DNA from: Candidatus Latescibacterota bacterium
GTDB taxonomy: Bacteria > Latescibacterota > UBA2968 > UBA8231
DNA: 64,000 nt
Assembly: GCA_964291625.2 (NCBI GenBank)
Contig: OZ220089.1
Location: forward strand, 1,568,001-1,632,000
Direction: 5' to 3'
In this document: positions 36,448-47,034 of the stretch, piece by piece
Numbering within the stretch: the first letter of the stretch is position 1
How the letters are laid out: each line of letters starts with the position of its first letter
The notes under the pieces: generated by a model
What the model was told of the DNA's origin: nothing
Seen by the model: only the letters and a program-made list of their open reading frames with translations
The model's database searches: none
Position numbers and translations under genes: made by a program

Positions 36448-37263
36448 TTGACCGATCCGCGCCCGCCCTCCCCCTTCTCCGAGCTCGTGGAAATCATGGC
36501 TCGGCTGCGCTCGCCGGACGGCTGTCCCTGGGATCGGGAACAGGACCACCGGACCCTGAAACCCTACCTCCTGGAGGAGGCGTACGAGGTCCTGGAGGCG
36601 ATCGACGACGGCGGCGGCGAGCTGTGCGCCGAGCTCGGGGACCTGCTGCTGCAGATCGTCTTCCACGCCCAGGTGGCCGCCGAGGACGGGCGCTTCACCA
36701 TGGACGACGTCTGCCGGGCCATCCACGACAAGCTCGTGCGGCGCCACCCCCACGTCTTCGGCGACGTGCAGGTCGGCGGCGCCGGACAGGTGGCGGCCAA
36801 CTGGGAGGCGATCAAGCGCGCCGAGCGGAAGGACGCCGGCCGCCCCGCCTCGGCCCTCGACGGGGTGCCGAAGCCGCTGCCCGCCCTGCTGCGGGCGCAG
36901 CGGGTGCAGGCCAAGGCCTCGCGCGCCGGCTTCGACTGGGATCGCATCGACGAGCCCCTCGACAAGGTGGCGGAGGAGTTCGAGGAGCTGCGCGCCGAGT
37001 GGCGCGGCGGTGCCGGGGCGCGCAGCCGGGTCGAGGAGGAGTTCGGCGACGTGCTCTTCGCCCTGGTCAACACCGCCCGCTTCCTCGAGATCGACGCCGA
37101 GCAGGCCCTGCGCGCGGCGGTGGACAAGTTCGACCGGCGATTCCGCCGCGTGGAGGAGGTCTTCCGCGAGCAGGGGCGCGACCTGGAGAGGGCGACGCTG
37201 GAGGAGATGGACTCCGTTTGGAACGAAGTGAAGAAGACCCCGGAGAGGAGAGCTGCGAGATGA
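36448..37263 (+). CDS. mazG: Nucleoside triphosphate pyrophosphohydrolase MazG
   Basis: GCPWDREQ, EEAYE, ELGDLLLQ, RRHPHVF, EEEFGD. Confidence 0.93.
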   Translation: MTDPRPPSPFSELVEIMARLRSPDGCPWDREQDHRTLKPYLLEEAYEVLEAIDDGGGELCAELGDLLLQIVFHAQVAAEDGRFTMDDVCRAIHDKLVRRHPHVFGDVQVGGAGQVAANWEAIKRAERKDAGRPASALDGVPKPLPALLRAQRVQAKASRAGFDWDRIDEPLDKVAEEFEELRAEWRGGAGARSRVEEEFGDVLFALVNTARFLEIDAEQALRAAVDKFDRRFRRVEEVFREQGRDLERATLEEMDSVWNEVKKTPERRAAR

Positions 37264-37913
37264 GCGACGAGAGACCGAGCATCGAGGTGCTGGAGGGCGG
37301 TCCCCTGCTGGTCAGAAATCTGACGAAGCTGACCGGCGCCGACGGCCGCTCCATCGACCGGCCCACGGAGAGGGCGGACAGCGACAGGAACCTCTTCGCC
37401 CTGTGCCGCTGCGGCGGCTCGGCGAACAAGCCCTTCTGCGACGGCACCCACAAGGAGAACGACTTCGCGGGCGAGCGCGGCTCCCCGGAGGAGGAGGAGG
37501 TCCGCGTCTGCGAGGGGCAGGAGCTGACCATCGTCGACAACGTCGGCGCCTGCTGCCACGCCGGCGAATGCGTCGACGGCGCGCCCGACGTGTTCTTCCG
37601 GTGGGAGGGGGACGAGCGCCGAGCCGTGCCCGACGCCGACGAGCGGCAGAAGATCATCGACACGATCCGCCGCTGCCCCTCCGGCTCCCTGGCCTACCGC
37701 CTCGGGGACGAGCTCCACGACGAGTACTTCTCCGAGGCCGAGATCTTCGTCTCGGAGGACGGCCCCCTGCACGTGCGCGGGGGCCCCGAGCTGGTGGACG
37801 CGAGCGGGGCGGCGCCCGTCTCGAAGGACCACTACGCCCTGTGCCGCTGCGGCGCCTCGAAGAACAAGCCCTTCTGCGACGGCGCCCACCGCGACGCGGG
37901 CTTCACCGGATAG
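37260..37913 (+). CDS. Tandem CDGSH Fe-S protein with central divergent 4Fe-4S domain
   Basis: CRCGGSANKPFCDGTH, CCHAGEC..CPSGSL, CRCGASKNKPFCDGAH. Confidence 0.9.
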   Translation: MSDERPSIEVLEGGPLLVRNLTKLTGADGRSIDRPTERADSDRNLFALCRCGGSANKPFCDGTHKENDFAGERGSPEEEEVRVCEGQELTIVDNVGACCHAGECVDGAPDVFFRWEGDERRAVPDADERQKIIDTIRRCPSGSLAYRLGDELHDEYFSEAEIFVSEDGPLHVRGGPELVDASGAAPVSKDHYALCRCGASKNKPFCDGAHRDAGFTG

Positions 37914-37938
37914 GCCGGGAGCGGCCGGGAGTGGCACG

Positions 37939-38361
37939 ATGAGACTTCGACGAGGGGCGGCGGGGCTGCTGATGGCCCTGCTGCCGGCCTGCGGCGGCGG
38001 CGACTCCTCCCTCGGACCCGCCGAGGAGGAGAACGGCGATCCGACGCCGGTCACCATGGCGGCTCTCGCCGTCGAGATCTTCACCCCCCGGTGCGCCACC
38101 AGCGGCTGCCACGCCGGGGCCTCGCCGGCGGCGGCCCTGTCCCTGGAGGCGGACCGGCTCGCCGAGATGATCGGCGCGGCGAGCCACCAGGAGGAGGGGG
38201 CGAAGCTGATCGACCCGGGCAACCCCGACGGTTCGTACCTCATCAGCAAGGTGAAAGGCACCGGATCCGGCACGCGGATGCCCATCGGGATGGATCCCCT
38301 GACCCCCGAGGAGATCCAGCGGATCGTCGACTGGGTGGCCGCGGGCGCGCCCACCTCCTGA
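37939..38361 (+). CDS. Lipoprotein with c-type cytochrome domain (CX4CH)
   Basis: Lipobox LPAC; CATSGCH; PGNPDGSYL..K; RMP; WVAAGA. Confidence 0.75.
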   Translation: MRLRRGAAGLLMALLPACGGGDSSLGPAEEENGDPTPVTMAALAVEIFTPRCATSGCHAGASPAAALSLEADRLAEMIGAASHQEEGAKLIDPGNPDGSYLISKVKGTGSGTRMPIGMDPLTPEEIQRIVDWVAAGAPTS

Positions 38362-38381
38362 TCCGCCCAAGGAAGGGAATC

Positions 38382-39269
38382 ATGCCGACAACCCCCGAGC
38401 TTCTCGTCGACGGCCTCTTTTTTCCCGAGGGCCCGCGCTGGCGCGCCGGCCCCGGGGGTGAGGGCCGCCTGTGGTTCTCCGACGTCCTCGGCGGCGAGGT
38501 GAAGCGCGTCGACCTGGAGGGGCGGCTGGAGACCGTCGCCACCGTGCCGGGGTGGCCTTCCGGCCTCGGCTGGCGCCCCGACGGGACGCTCCTCGTGGTC
38601 TCCGTGCAGGAGGGCCGGCTGATGGCCGTCGGCGCCGACGGCTCGCTGACCGAGACCGCGGACATGAAGGCGGTGGACGGGCTCCCCTGCAACGACATGG
38701 TGGTCGACGGCCGCGGCGGCGCCTACGTCGGCAGCTGGCAGGGCCTGGACGAGTCCATCCCCTGGGGGCCGGGGAACATGCCCGGCTTCAGCCACATCAT
38801 CCGCGTCGAGCCGGACGGCGAGGCCCGCATCGCCGCCGACCGCGTGACCTACCCCAACGGCGCCGTCCTCTCCCCCGACGGGGGCACCTACATCGTCGCC
38901 GAGACCTTCGCCAACCGGCTCACCGCCTTCGACGTCGAGGAGGACGGCTCGCTGGCGAACCGCCGCGTCTGGGCCGACATCGGGGCGCCCCCGGACGGGA
39001 TCACCATGGACGTGGAGGGCTGCCTCTGGGTGGCCGTGCCCTGCTACGCCTACGGGGGCCCGGGAGGGTTCCTGCGCCTGCGCGAGGGCGGCGAGACCGT
39101 CGACCGCATCGACGTGGACGGAGTCGCCTCCTACGCCTGCACCCTCGGCGGGCCCCAGATGCGGACCCTGTTCCTGTGCCAGTCGACGGTCCTCGGCCAC
39201 GAGCGCCACCCCGGCGACGGGCGCATCATGACGGTCGAGGTCGACGTGCCCGGCACGGGCACCCCGTGA
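38382..39269 (+). CDS. SMP-30/gluconolactonase family protein
   Basis: FPEGPRW, LWFSD, CNDMVVD, PNG, PDGITMD. Confidence 0.9.
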   Translation: MPTTPELLVDGLFFPEGPRWRAGPGGEGRLWFSDVLGGEVKRVDLEGRLETVATVPGWPSGLGWRPDGTLLVVSVQEGRLMAVGADGSLTETADMKAVDGLPCNDMVVDGRGGAYVGSWQGLDESIPWGPGNMPGFSHIIRVEPDGEARIAADRVTYPNGAVLSPDGGTYIVAETFANRLTAFDVEEDGSLANRRVWADIGAPPDGITMDVEGCLWVAVPCYAYGGPGGFLRLREGGETVDRIDVDGVASYACTLGGPQMRTLFLCQSTVLGHERHPGDGRIMTVEVDVPGTGTP

Positions 39270-40099
39270 CCGTCCCCTTCCCGGCCCTGACCCCCTCCCA
39301 GCGGCTGCACCTGGAGGTGAACGGGTACGTCGTCGTCGAGGGGGTTCTCGGCGCCGACGAGGTGGAGGCCCTGCGGGAGACCACGTACGAGGTCGAGCGC
39401 CGCTACCGCGAGACGGGCGAGCTTCCCGGGCCCAACTGTCACCTGTCGGCCACGCGCCAGGACTACTTCCGGGTCGACAACCTGCCCCACCTGGCCCCCT
39501 GCTACTTCGACTACCTGACCCACCCGCGGCTGCTGGGCATGGTGCAGGAGATCGTCGGCGGCTCGGTGCGGCTCGAGCAGTCCGACGCCCACATCCGGCG
39601 GCCGGTGACGGGGGAGGAGCCGCGCTACGGCTTTCACCGCGGCATCAACCCCGGCTTCCACCACACCGACCAGGGGCTCTACCACTTCAGCTTCGTCAAG
39701 ACCCTGACGAACCTGACCGACCTGGGGCCCGACGACGGCGGCACCACGGTCATCGCCGGCTCCCACAAGGTGCCGGAGGAGGTCGGCGGACAGGCCATCA
39801 CCCAGGCGGCCCTGGCCGACCCGGGGCTGATCCACCAGGTGGAGGCGCCGGCGGGGTCGACGCTGCTGTTCTTCGAGTCCCTCATGCACTCCTCGGGGAT
39901 CATCCGCTCCGACCGCGACCGGGTGCTGATCATCGGCGGCTACACGCCCACCATGTTCCAGACATGGAACGGGTACGAGCCCGACGCGGAGTTCGCCGCC
40001 GGCCTGCCGGAGGAGCACCGGGCCCTGCTGACGGGAGAGAACCGCTACGGCTGGCAGCGGCGGGCGCGGTCCCTGGCCGAGCCCCGGGCGGACTCCTGA
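39266..40099 (+). CDS. Phytanoyl-CoA dioxygenase (PhyH) family protein
   Basis: NGYVVVEGVL, FHRG, GGT.VIAGSHK, AGS.LLFFESLMH..R. Confidence 0.85.
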   Translation: MTVPFPALTPSQRLHLEVNGYVVVEGVLGADEVEALRETTYEVERRYRETGELPGPNCHLSATRQDYFRVDNLPHLAPCYFDYLTHPRLLGMVQEIVGGSVRLEQSDAHIRRPVTGEEPRYGFHRGINPGFHHTDQGLYHFSFVKTLTNLTDLGPDDGGTTVIAGSHKVPEEVGGQAITQAALADPGLIHQVEAPAGSTLLFFESLMHSSGIIRSDRDRVLIIGGYTPTMFQTWNGYEPDAEFAAGLPEEHRALLTGENRYGWQRRARSLAEPRADS

Positions 40100-40268
40100 G
40101 TGCCGCACGGGCCCCGCGAGCCGGCCGCCCCGGCGACCTGTGCGTACGCGAACCTGCAACGCGCCCGGGCGGCAGGCCGCCCCCGCGTCTGGCACGAGGC
40201 CGCCGAGTACAGGATATTTCCCCGACCGCCGTGTTCCGCTGCAGGTCCTGATACTGAAACGAGGTCCC

Positions 40269-40625
40269 TTGGTCTCCGAATACGGCTTCTTCGGCGCCCT
40301 GCTCGTCATCGGCGCGGTCCTCGGCCTGGCGCCGGTGATCGCCCCCCTCTTCCTGGCGCCCCGGTCCCTGGGCGACAAGACCCGCGACACCTACGAGTGC
40401 GGCATGGAGACCGAGGGCAGCGCCTGGGTGCGCTTCGACATCGCCTACTACCTCTTCGCCCTGATCTTCGTCGCCTTCGAGGTCGACGTCCTCTACATCC
40501 TGCCGGTGGCCGTGGTCTTCGGCGAGTACGCCTGGCGCGACCTGATCGAGCTCTCCCTGTTCATCGGCATCCTCTTCCTCGCCGTGATCTACGCCTGGCG
40601 CAAGGGCGTCCTGCACTGGAGGTAG
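40269..40625 (+). CDS. nuoA: NADH-quinone oxidoreductase subunit A
   Basis: [24 protein letters not shown]. Confidence 0.93.
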   Translation: MVSEYGFFGALLVIGAVLGLAPVIAPLFLAPRSLGDKTRDTYECGMETEGSAWVRFDIAYYLFALIFVAFEVDVLYILPVAVVFGEYAWRDLIELSLFIGILFLAVIYAWRKGVLHWR

Positions 40626-40629
40626 AACC

Positions 40630-41148
40630 GTGACGGAAGCCAGCCAATCGTCCGACGTCCTGCTGGAGCAGGCGCGGCCCCTCGTCCATCTCGACAAGCT
40701 CGAGAACCTGCTCAACCACGCCCGCGCCAACTCCCTGTGGCCCCTGACCTTCGGCCTCGCCTGCTGCGCCATCGAGATGATGGCCGTGGGCGCCTCGCGC
40801 TTCGACCTGGACCGCATCGGCGCCGGCGTCTTCCGCCCCAGCGCCCGTCAGGCCGACGTGATGATCACGGCGGGCACGATCTCGCGGAAGATGGGCCCGG
40901 TGATCAAGACCCTGTGGGACCAGATGCCGTCGCCCAAGTGGTCGATCGCCATGGGAGGCTGCACCATCGACGGCGGGCCCTTCAAGTACCCGGGCCAGTA
41001 CGCCATCATCGAGGGCGCCGACAAGATCATCCCCGTCGACGTCTACGTCCCGGGGTGTCCGCCCCGGCCCGAGGCCCTCTTCGCCGGCATCCTCAAGCTC
41101 GAAGAGAAGATCAAGTCCGGGGACACGGCCCCGGCCACGGTGGCGTGA
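40630..41148 (+). CDS. nuoB: Complex I subunit B
   Basis: [29 protein letters not shown]. Confidence 0.95.
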   Translation: MTEASQSSDVLLEQARPLVHLDKLENLLNHARANSLWPLTFGLACCAIEMMAVGASRFDLDRIGAGVFRPSARQADVMITAGTISRKMGPVIKTLWDQMPSPKWSIAMGGCTIDGGPFKYPGQYAIIEGADKIIPVDVYVPGCPPRPEALFAGILKLEEKIKSGDTAPATVA

Positions 41149-41651
41149 CCGGCCCCCTCCCGCAGCCGGCCGGGGTCACCGACTCCTCCGATCAGGACTA
41201 CCCGACCCGGGGCCACCACCACCGGCACGAGGCCGCGGCCGAGGCCATGCCCGAGGTGGCCCGGGCCTTCCGCGACGCCGGCTACAGCCTCGAGCACCTG
41301 ACCTGCCTCGACGAGCGCGGCGACGAGGAGGTGAACGCCTTCACCCTGACCTACCAGTTCAACCGGCCGGGCGAGCCCGACCGCCACCTTGTCAGCGTGC
41401 GGCTGCACGACGGCCGGCCGGCGGTGAGCATCGCCGCCGTCTTCCCCGGCGCCGACTGGTACGAGCGGGAGGTCTGGGACATGCACGGCGTGGCCGTGGA
41501 GGGGCATCCGGATCTCAAGCGCATCCTCATGCCCGAGGAGTACAGCGGCCATCCCCTGCGCAAGGACTTCGTCGACGAGGACCCCCTGCGCCACCAGCTC
41601 TCCGGGGTCGTGGTCGAGGAGGAAGCGGGCGAGGAGGAGGAACCGTCGTGA
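41145..41651 (+). CDS. nuoC: Complex I subunit C
   Basis: [30 protein letters not shown]. Confidence 0.93.
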   Translation: MTGPLPQPAGVTDSSDQDYPTRGHHHRHEAAAEAMPEVARAFRDAGYSLEHLTCLDERGDEEVNAFTLTYQFNRPGEPDRHLVSVRLHDGRPAVSIAAVFPGADWYEREVWDMHGVAVEGHPDLKRILMPEEYSGHPLRKDFVDEDPLRHQLSGVVVEEEAGEEEEPS

Positions 41652-42790
41652 CCGCCAGTCCCTCCCCGACCATGGAGCTGGTCCCCGACGAGGCCGACCG
41701 CGAGACCTACTACCTGAACATGGGGCCCCAGCACCCCTCCACCCACGGGGTGCTGCGCCTGCGCCTGCACCTGGAGGGGGAGCGCATCCTCGCCTGCGAG
41801 CCGGTCATCGGCTACGGCCACCGGGCCCACGAGAAGATGGCCGAGAACCGCGACTACCTGCAGTTCCTGCCCAACACCAGCCGCATCGACTACCTGTCGG
41901 GGATGATCTACAACCTCGGCTACTGCCAGGCGGTAGAGAAGGCGATGCAGATCGAGGTGCCCGAGCGCGCCGAGTACATCCGCGTCATCGCCGGCGAGCT
42001 GAACCGCATCTCCAGCCACCTGCTGTGGATGGGCACCTACCTGCTCGACCTGGGAGGGTTCACGCCCTTCCTCTACGCCTTCACCGACCGCGAGAAGATC
42101 CTCGACCTCCTCGACTACGTCACCGGCTCGCGCCTGACCTACTGCTACGGGCGCTTCGGCGGTGTCACCATGGACGTGGACGACGTCTTCCTGCGCAACG
42201 TCTCCGACTTCTGCGACTACTTCGAGGACCGCCTGGAGGAGTACCACAAACTGGTGACGGGCAACGTCATCTTCCGCCACCGCACCCGCGGCGTGGGGGT
42301 CATGGGCGAGGAGCTGGGCCTCGACTACGGGGTCACCGGGCCCTGCCTGCGCGCCGCCGGGATCGCCCGCGACGTGCGCAAGGACGAGCCCTACGGGATC
42401 TACGACCGCCTGGAGTTCGACGTGCCCACCGGCGCCGGCGGCGACTGCTTCGACCGCCACATGGTGCGCATGACCGAGATGGAGCAGTGCCTGCGCCTGA
42501 TCGAGCAGGCCCTGCGCGGCATCCCCGAGGGGCCGGTGCAGGCGCCGAAGGTGCCCAAGCGCATCCGGCCGCCGGCGGGGGACCACTACTTCGCCTGCGA
42601 GTCGGCCCGCGGCCACTTCGGCATCTACATCCGCAGCGACGGGACGGACATCCCGGTGCGCATGAAGATGCGCACGCCTTCCTTCGCCAACGTCTCGACC
42701 ATGCCCGCCGTGCTGCCGGGGACGATGCTGGCCGACACGGTGGCGATCCTGGGCAGCGTCGACGTCGTCATCCCCGAGATCGACCGGTAG
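41648..42790 (+). CDS. nuoD: Complex I subunit D
   Basis: [28 protein letters not shown] end; no NiFe CxxC motifs. Confidence 0.95.
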   Translation: MTASPSPTMELVPDEADRETYYLNMGPQHPSTHGVLRLRLHLEGERILACEPVIGYGHRAHEKMAENRDYLQFLPNTSRIDYLSGMIYNLGYCQAVEKAMQIEVPERAEYIRVIAGELNRISSHLLWMGTYLLDLGGFTPFLYAFTDREKILDLLDYVTGSRLTYCYGRFGGVTMDVDDVFLRNVSDFCDYFEDRLEEYHKLVTGNVIFRHRTRGVGVMGEELGLDYGVTGPCLRAAGIARDVRKDEPYGIYDRLEFDVPTGAGGDCFDRHMVRMTEMEQCLRLIEQALRGIPEGPVQAPKVPKRIRPPAGDHYFACESARGHFGIYIRSDGTDIPVRMKMRTPSFANVSTMPAVLPGTMLADTVAILGSVDVVIPEIDR

Positions 42791-42799
42791 GCGCCGCCC

Positions 42800-43774
42800 A
42801 TGTCGACCGGCCTCGTGCAGAGCCTCCCCAACGTCTGGATCGGCGTGCTGGCGGCGACGGCGGCGATCATGGGCTTCATCACCGTCAACGCCCTGGCTCT
42901 CATCTGGCTCGAGCGCAAGGTCAGCGCCCGCATCCAGCGGCGCTACGGGCCCACCGAGGTGGGGCCCTTCGGCCTGCTGCAGACGCTGGCCGACGTGGTC
43001 AAGCTGGTCGGCAAGGAGCTGGTGACGCCGGACCACGTGCACCGCCCCCTCTACCTGACCGCCCCGGTCCTCGTCTTCGCCCCCCTGCTGGCGCTGCTGG
43101 CCCTGCTGCCGGTGGCCGAGAACTGGGTCTTCCACGACTACGACATCGCCCTGGTGCTGCTGCTGGCGTTCTCGGGCCTCAACGTGATCGGCATCTTCGC
43201 CGCCGGCTGGGGCTCCAACAACAAGTACGCCCTCCTCGGGGCGGTCCGCGCCGTGGCCCAGAACATCTCCTACGAGATCCCCCTGCTGCTGGCCGTGATC
43301 CCCGTGGTCGTCATGACCCGCTCCCTGAGCCTGCACGAGATCGGCAGCGCCCAGGCCTCCTGGCCCTTCGTGCTGGTGCAGCCCCTGGCCTTCCTCATCT
43401 ACTTCATCTCGGCCACGGCCGAGACCAACCGCGCCCCCTTCGACATCCCCGAGGCCGAGTCGGAGCTGGTGGCCGGGTTCCACACCGAGTACTCGGGGAT
43501 GCGCTTCGGCGTGTTCTTCCTGGCCGAGTTCACCCACATGGTGATCGTCTGCGCCGTGGCCACGATCCTCTTCCTCGGCGCCTGGAACGGGCCGCTGCTG
43601 CCGGGGTGGCTGTGGTTCTTCGTCAAGGTCTACGGCCTGATCCTGGTGATGATGTGGTTCCGCTGGACCTTCCCGCGCCTGCGCTTCGACCAGCTCATGA
43701 CCTTCGCCTGGGCGGTGCTGGTGCCGCTGGCCCTGATCAACCTGCTCGTGACCACCGTGGTCCTGAAACTGTGA
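42800..43774 (+). CDS. nuoH: Complex I subunit H
   Basis: ERKVSARIQRRYGP, AETNRAPFDIPEAESELVAGF. Confidence 0.95.
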   Translation: MSTGLVQSLPNVWIGVLAATAAIMGFITVNALALIWLERKVSARIQRRYGPTEVGPFGLLQTLADVVKLVGKELVTPDHVHRPLYLTAPVLVFAPLLALLALLPVAENWVFHDYDIALVLLLAFSGLNVIGIFAAGWGSNNKYALLGAVRAVAQNISYEIPLLLAVIPVVVMTRSLSLHEIGSAQASWPFVLVQPLAFLIYFISATAETNRAPFDIPEAESELVAGFHTEYSGMRFGVFFLAEFTHMVIVCAVATILFLGAWNGPLLPGWLWFFVKVYGLILVMMWFRWTFPRLRFDQLMTFAWAVLVPLALINLLVTTVVLKL

Positions 43775-43784
43775 GACGGGGAAC

Positions 43785-44348
43785 ATGCTGAGACAGACCT
43801 TCCTCGGCGCCTGGTCGCTGCTGACGGGGATGAAGGTGACCCTGCAGCACGTCTTCCGGCCGCCCTTGACCTCCCAGTACCCGCGCGAGCGGATCGAGAT
43901 GACGAAGGCCTTCCGCAACGTCATCGCCCTCATCGAGATCGAGGGCATCGGCTCCCACGACTGCATCGACTGCGGCGCCTGCGAGCGCGTCTGTCCCTCG
44001 GACTGCATCTACATCGAGGGCGAGCGCCCCGAGGGCATGAAGCGCAGGCGGGCTACCAAGTTCGACGTCGACTTCGCCCTCTGCTCGGAGTGCGGACTCT
44101 GCCTCGACGTCTGCCCCACCGACACCCTGGGATACGTCCGCGAGTACGACCAGGCCGGGTACCAGCGCGGCGACTTCCTCTACGACCTGATGATCCCGTG
44201 GCGGGAGGGGGAGCCCGAGGCCCGGGAGCGCCTGCGGGCCCTGGAGGCAGAGCAGGCGGCGGCCAGGAAGGCGGCGGCCGCCAAGCGCAAGGCCGCGGCG
44301 GCCAAAGCCAAGGCGGAGCCCGCGGCCGAGGCCGGTCCGGAGAGCTGA
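43785..44348 (+). CDS. nuoI: Complex I subunit I (2x4Fe-4S)
   Basis: CIDCGACERVCP and CSECGLCLDVCP; Ala/Lys-rich tail. Confidence 0.93.
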   Translation: MLRQTFLGAWSLLTGMKVTLQHVFRPPLTSQYPRERIEMTKAFRNVIALIEIEGIGSHDCIDCGACERVCPSDCIYIEGERPEGMKRRRATKFDVDFALCSECGLCLDVCPTDTLGYVREYDQAGYQRGDFLYDLMIPWREGEPEARERLRALEAEQAAARKAAAAKRKAAAAKAKAEPAAEAGPES

Positions 44349-44352
44349 GCGG

Positions 44353-44862
44353 GTGCTGGAGCAGAACGCCCCGTTCCTCTTCGCCGCCCTGGTCCTGGCG
44401 GGAGGTCTCGCCGCCGCCTGGGCGCGCCACATCCTCTACGCCATCATCGGCCTCGGCGTCAGCCTCTTCGGCGTGGCCGGGCTGTTCCTGCTGCTGGGCA
44501 GCCCCTTCGTGGCGGCGATGCAGCTGCTCATCTACATCGGCGGCATCACCGTGGCCATCGTCTTCGCCATGATGCTCTCCATCGCCATGACCGTGGCGCC
44601 GGCGCCGCGCAACCGCCTCAAGGCGGTCTTTGCCGGGGTCTGCGCCGTCGCCTTCGGGGCCGCCGTGCTGCCGCTGCTGCGGGCGGCGCCCTTCGAGGCC
44701 CGGGCGGCGGCGGCCCCCCTCGAGACCTGGCCCGTGGCCGGCATCGGCCACGCCCTGCTGACCCACTACAACCTCGTCTTCGAGACCCTGTCGGTGGTGC
44801 TGCTGCTGGCCATCATCGGCGCCATCCTGATCGCCCGCTCGGGGCGGGAGCCGGCGCCGTGA
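44353..44862 (+). CDS. nuoJ: Complex I subunit J
   Basis: QLLIYIGGI, FETLSVVLLLAIIGA. Confidence 0.92.
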   Translation: MLEQNAPFLFAALVLAGGLAAAWARHILYAIIGLGVSLFGVAGLFLLLGSPFVAAMQLLIYIGGITVAIVFAMMLSIAMTVAPAPRNRLKAVFAGVCAVAFGAAVLPLLRAAPFEARAAAAPLETWPVAGIGHALLTHYNLVFETLSVVLLLAIIGAILIARSGREPAP

Positions 44863-45164
44863 GCCTGGAGGGCTACCTGCTGGTCGGCCTCGCCCTTTTC
44901 TGCCTGGGGCTGTACGCGGTGATCGCCCAGCGCAACCTGATCGCCGTGCTCATCGGCGTCGAGCTGATGATGAACGCCGCCAGCCTCAACATCATGGCCT
45001 TCAACCGCTTCTGCGTCACCGACCCGAGCACGGGGCAGGTCTTCGTGCTCATCATCATCGGCCTGGCGGCGGCGGAGGTGGCCATCTTCCTGTCGATCAT
45101 CCTCAACCTCTACCGCCTGCGCCGCGACATCGACGTCGAGCAGCTCACCGCGCTGAAGGGCTGA
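44859..45164 (+). CDS. nuoK: Complex I subunit K
   Basis: ELMMNA, AAAEVAI. Confidence 0.93.
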   Translation: MSLEGYLLVGLALFCLGLYAVIAQRNLIAVLIGVELMMNAASLNIMAFNRFCVTDPSTGQVFVLIIIGLAAAEVAIFLSIILNLYRLRRDIDVEQLTALKG

Positions 45165-45166
45165 CC

Positions 45167-47014
45167 GTGGACACCCTGACCCTCGCCCTGGCCACCACCT
45201 TCGCGCCCTTCGCCGCCTGCGTCGTGGCCCTGCTGTTCCTGGTGGGGCGGCCGCGGCTGGCGCAGGCCGTGGTCGTGGCCGGCGGCGCCGTCTCCCTGCT
45301 GGGGGCGCTGGCGCTGCTGATGGCCGGCCCGGTGGAGCCGCTGCGCTTCCTGTGGTTCACCAGCGGGCCGGTGGAGCTGCGCTTCGGGTTCTGGCTCGAC
45401 GGGCTGAGCCTGATCTTCGGCGCCGCCGTCGCCCTGGTGACCCTGTGCGTCATGGTCTACTCGGTGGGCTACATGGGCGGCGACCCCGGGCGGACCCGCT
45501 ACTTCGCCCTGCTCGGCCTCTTCGAGTGGTCAATGCTCAGCTTCGTCTACGCCGTCGACCTGCTGCAGTCCTTCATCTTCTGGGAGCTGGTCGGCCTCTC
45601 CTCCTTCTTCCTCATCGGGTTCTGGTACGAGAAGCCCGCCGCCCGCGACGCGGCGACCAAGGCCTTCGTCATGACCCGCATCGGCGACGTGGGCCTGTTC
45701 ATCGGCCTGCTGATGATCCTGCACGTGGCCGGCGGCTTCGACATCCCCACCCTGCTGGACCCGCAGTCGGGGATGGTGCGCACGGCGGCGCCCCTGCTGC
45801 TGACCGTCGTCACCCTGCTGATCTTCGCCGGCATCGCCGGCAAGAGCGCCCAGCTGCCCCTGCACACCTGGCTGCCCGACGCCATGGAGGGCCCCACGCC
45901 GGTGAGCGCCCTGCTGCACTCGGCGACGATGGTCGCCGCCGGCGTCTTCCTCATGGCCCGCCTGCACCCCCTGTTCATGGCCGCGGACCATGGGCCCACC
46001 GTGATCCTGGCGATCTCGGCCCTCACTGCGTTGGTGGCGGCGACCATGGCCATGGTGGAGCGCGACATCAAGCGGGTCCTGGCCTACTCGTCGATCTCGC
46101 AGCTCGGCTTCATGCTCATGGGGCTGGCCGCCGGCAGCCTCTTCGCCGGCGTCTTCCACCTGGTGACCCACGCCTTCTTCAAGTCGCTCCTCTTCCTGTG
46201 CTCGGGGCTCTTCATCCACCACTGCGGGACCAACGACATGGAGGGGATCGGGCGCGGCGGCGGACGGCGGCTGCGTTTCGCCACGGTCGGCCTGGCGGCC
46301 GGCGGCGCCGCCCTGGCGGGGGTGCCGCCCCTCTCCGGGTTCTTCAGCAAGGAGGAGATCTTCGCCAGCCTCGGCCACGGCGGCGGCGTGGTGGCGACGG
46401 CAGCCTACGCGGCGGCCCTCCTGGCGGCGCTGCTGACCGCCTACTACACCTTCCGCATGATCTTCCTGGTGACGCGGCCGGAGCGGATCGAGGCGGAGAG
46501 CGGGGACGGCCACCACGAGGGTCGCGCCGAGCCCTGGGTCATGGCCTTGCCGGTGGCCGTGCTCACCCTGGGGTCGGTGATCGCCGGCTTCTGGGGGCGG
46601 GAGATCGCCGCCGGCCTCGGCGTGGCGGCCGCGCCCCACGGCCTGGCGACGATGGCGCCGGCCCTGGCGGTGGTCGCCCTCGGCGTCCTGTGGGCCTGGC
46701 TCGACTTCGGCCGCGCCGGGGCGCCGCGCACCGGCTCGATCCGCCGCGTGCCGGCGCTGCAGACGTTGTTCGCCCGGCAGTGGTACGTGGACGCCCTCTA
46801 CCGCGCCGTGATCGTGCGCCTCACCCTGGTCGCCGCCCGGGTCCTGCACGCCTTCGAGGTGAGGGGCCTGGACCTGAACTTCGAGCGCTTCGGCTTCGGC
46901 ATCCTCGGCGCCGGCACCGGCTCGACGCGCCTGCAGACCGGCTGGGTCCAGTTCTACGGCGGCTGGGCCGTGGTCCTCGTGGGCCTCGCCGCCGCCTGGC
47001 TGGGGCTGCGCTGA
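45167..47014 (+). CDS. nuoL: Complex I subunit L
   Basis: GKSAQLPLHTWLPDAMEGPTPVSALLHSATMV, HAFFK. Confidence 0.95.
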   Translation: MDTLTLALATTFAPFAACVVALLFLVGRPRLAQAVVVAGGAVSLLGALALLMAGPVEPLRFLWFTSGPVELRFGFWLDGLSLIFGAAVALVTLCVMVYSVGYMGGDPGRTRYFALLGLFEWSMLSFVYAVDLLQSFIFWELVGLSSFFLIGFWYEKPAARDAATKAFVMTRIGDVGLFIGLLMILHVAGGFDIPTLLDPQSGMVRTAAPLLLTVVTLLIFAGIAGKSAQLPLHTWLPDAMEGPTPVSALLHSATMVAAGVFLMARLHPLFMAADHGPTVILAISALTALVAATMAMVERDIKRVLAYSSISQLGFMLMGLAAGSLFAGVFHLVTHAFFKSLLFLCSGLFIHHCGTNDMEGIGRGGGRRLRFATVGLAAGGAALAGVPPLSGFFSKEEIFASLGHGGGVVATAAYAAALLAALLTAYYTFRMIFLVTRPERIEAESGDGHHEGRAEPWVMALPVAVLTLGSVIAGFWGREIAAGLGVAAAPHGLATMAPALAVVALGVLWAWLDFGRAGAPRTGSIRRVPALQTLFARQWYVDALYRAVIVRLTLVAARVLHAFEVRGLDLNFERFGFGILGAGTGSTRLQTGWVQFYGGWAVVLVGLAAAWLGLR

Positions 47015-47034
47015 TGCGCAGGGGTCCCTGATCG

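Noticed and set aside
36448-37263. mazG as an anti-phage or TA component
   Set aside because: Ordinary tandem-domain housekeeping MazG with no mazEF neighbours.
40189-40205. Sigma54 promoter before nuoA (TGGCACG); a similar site lies near 805
   Set aside because: No GC at the -12 position with the required spacing.
41648-42790. Group 4 NiFe hydrogenase large subunit
   Set aside because: No CxxC nickel ligands; NuoD quinone-site motifs are present.
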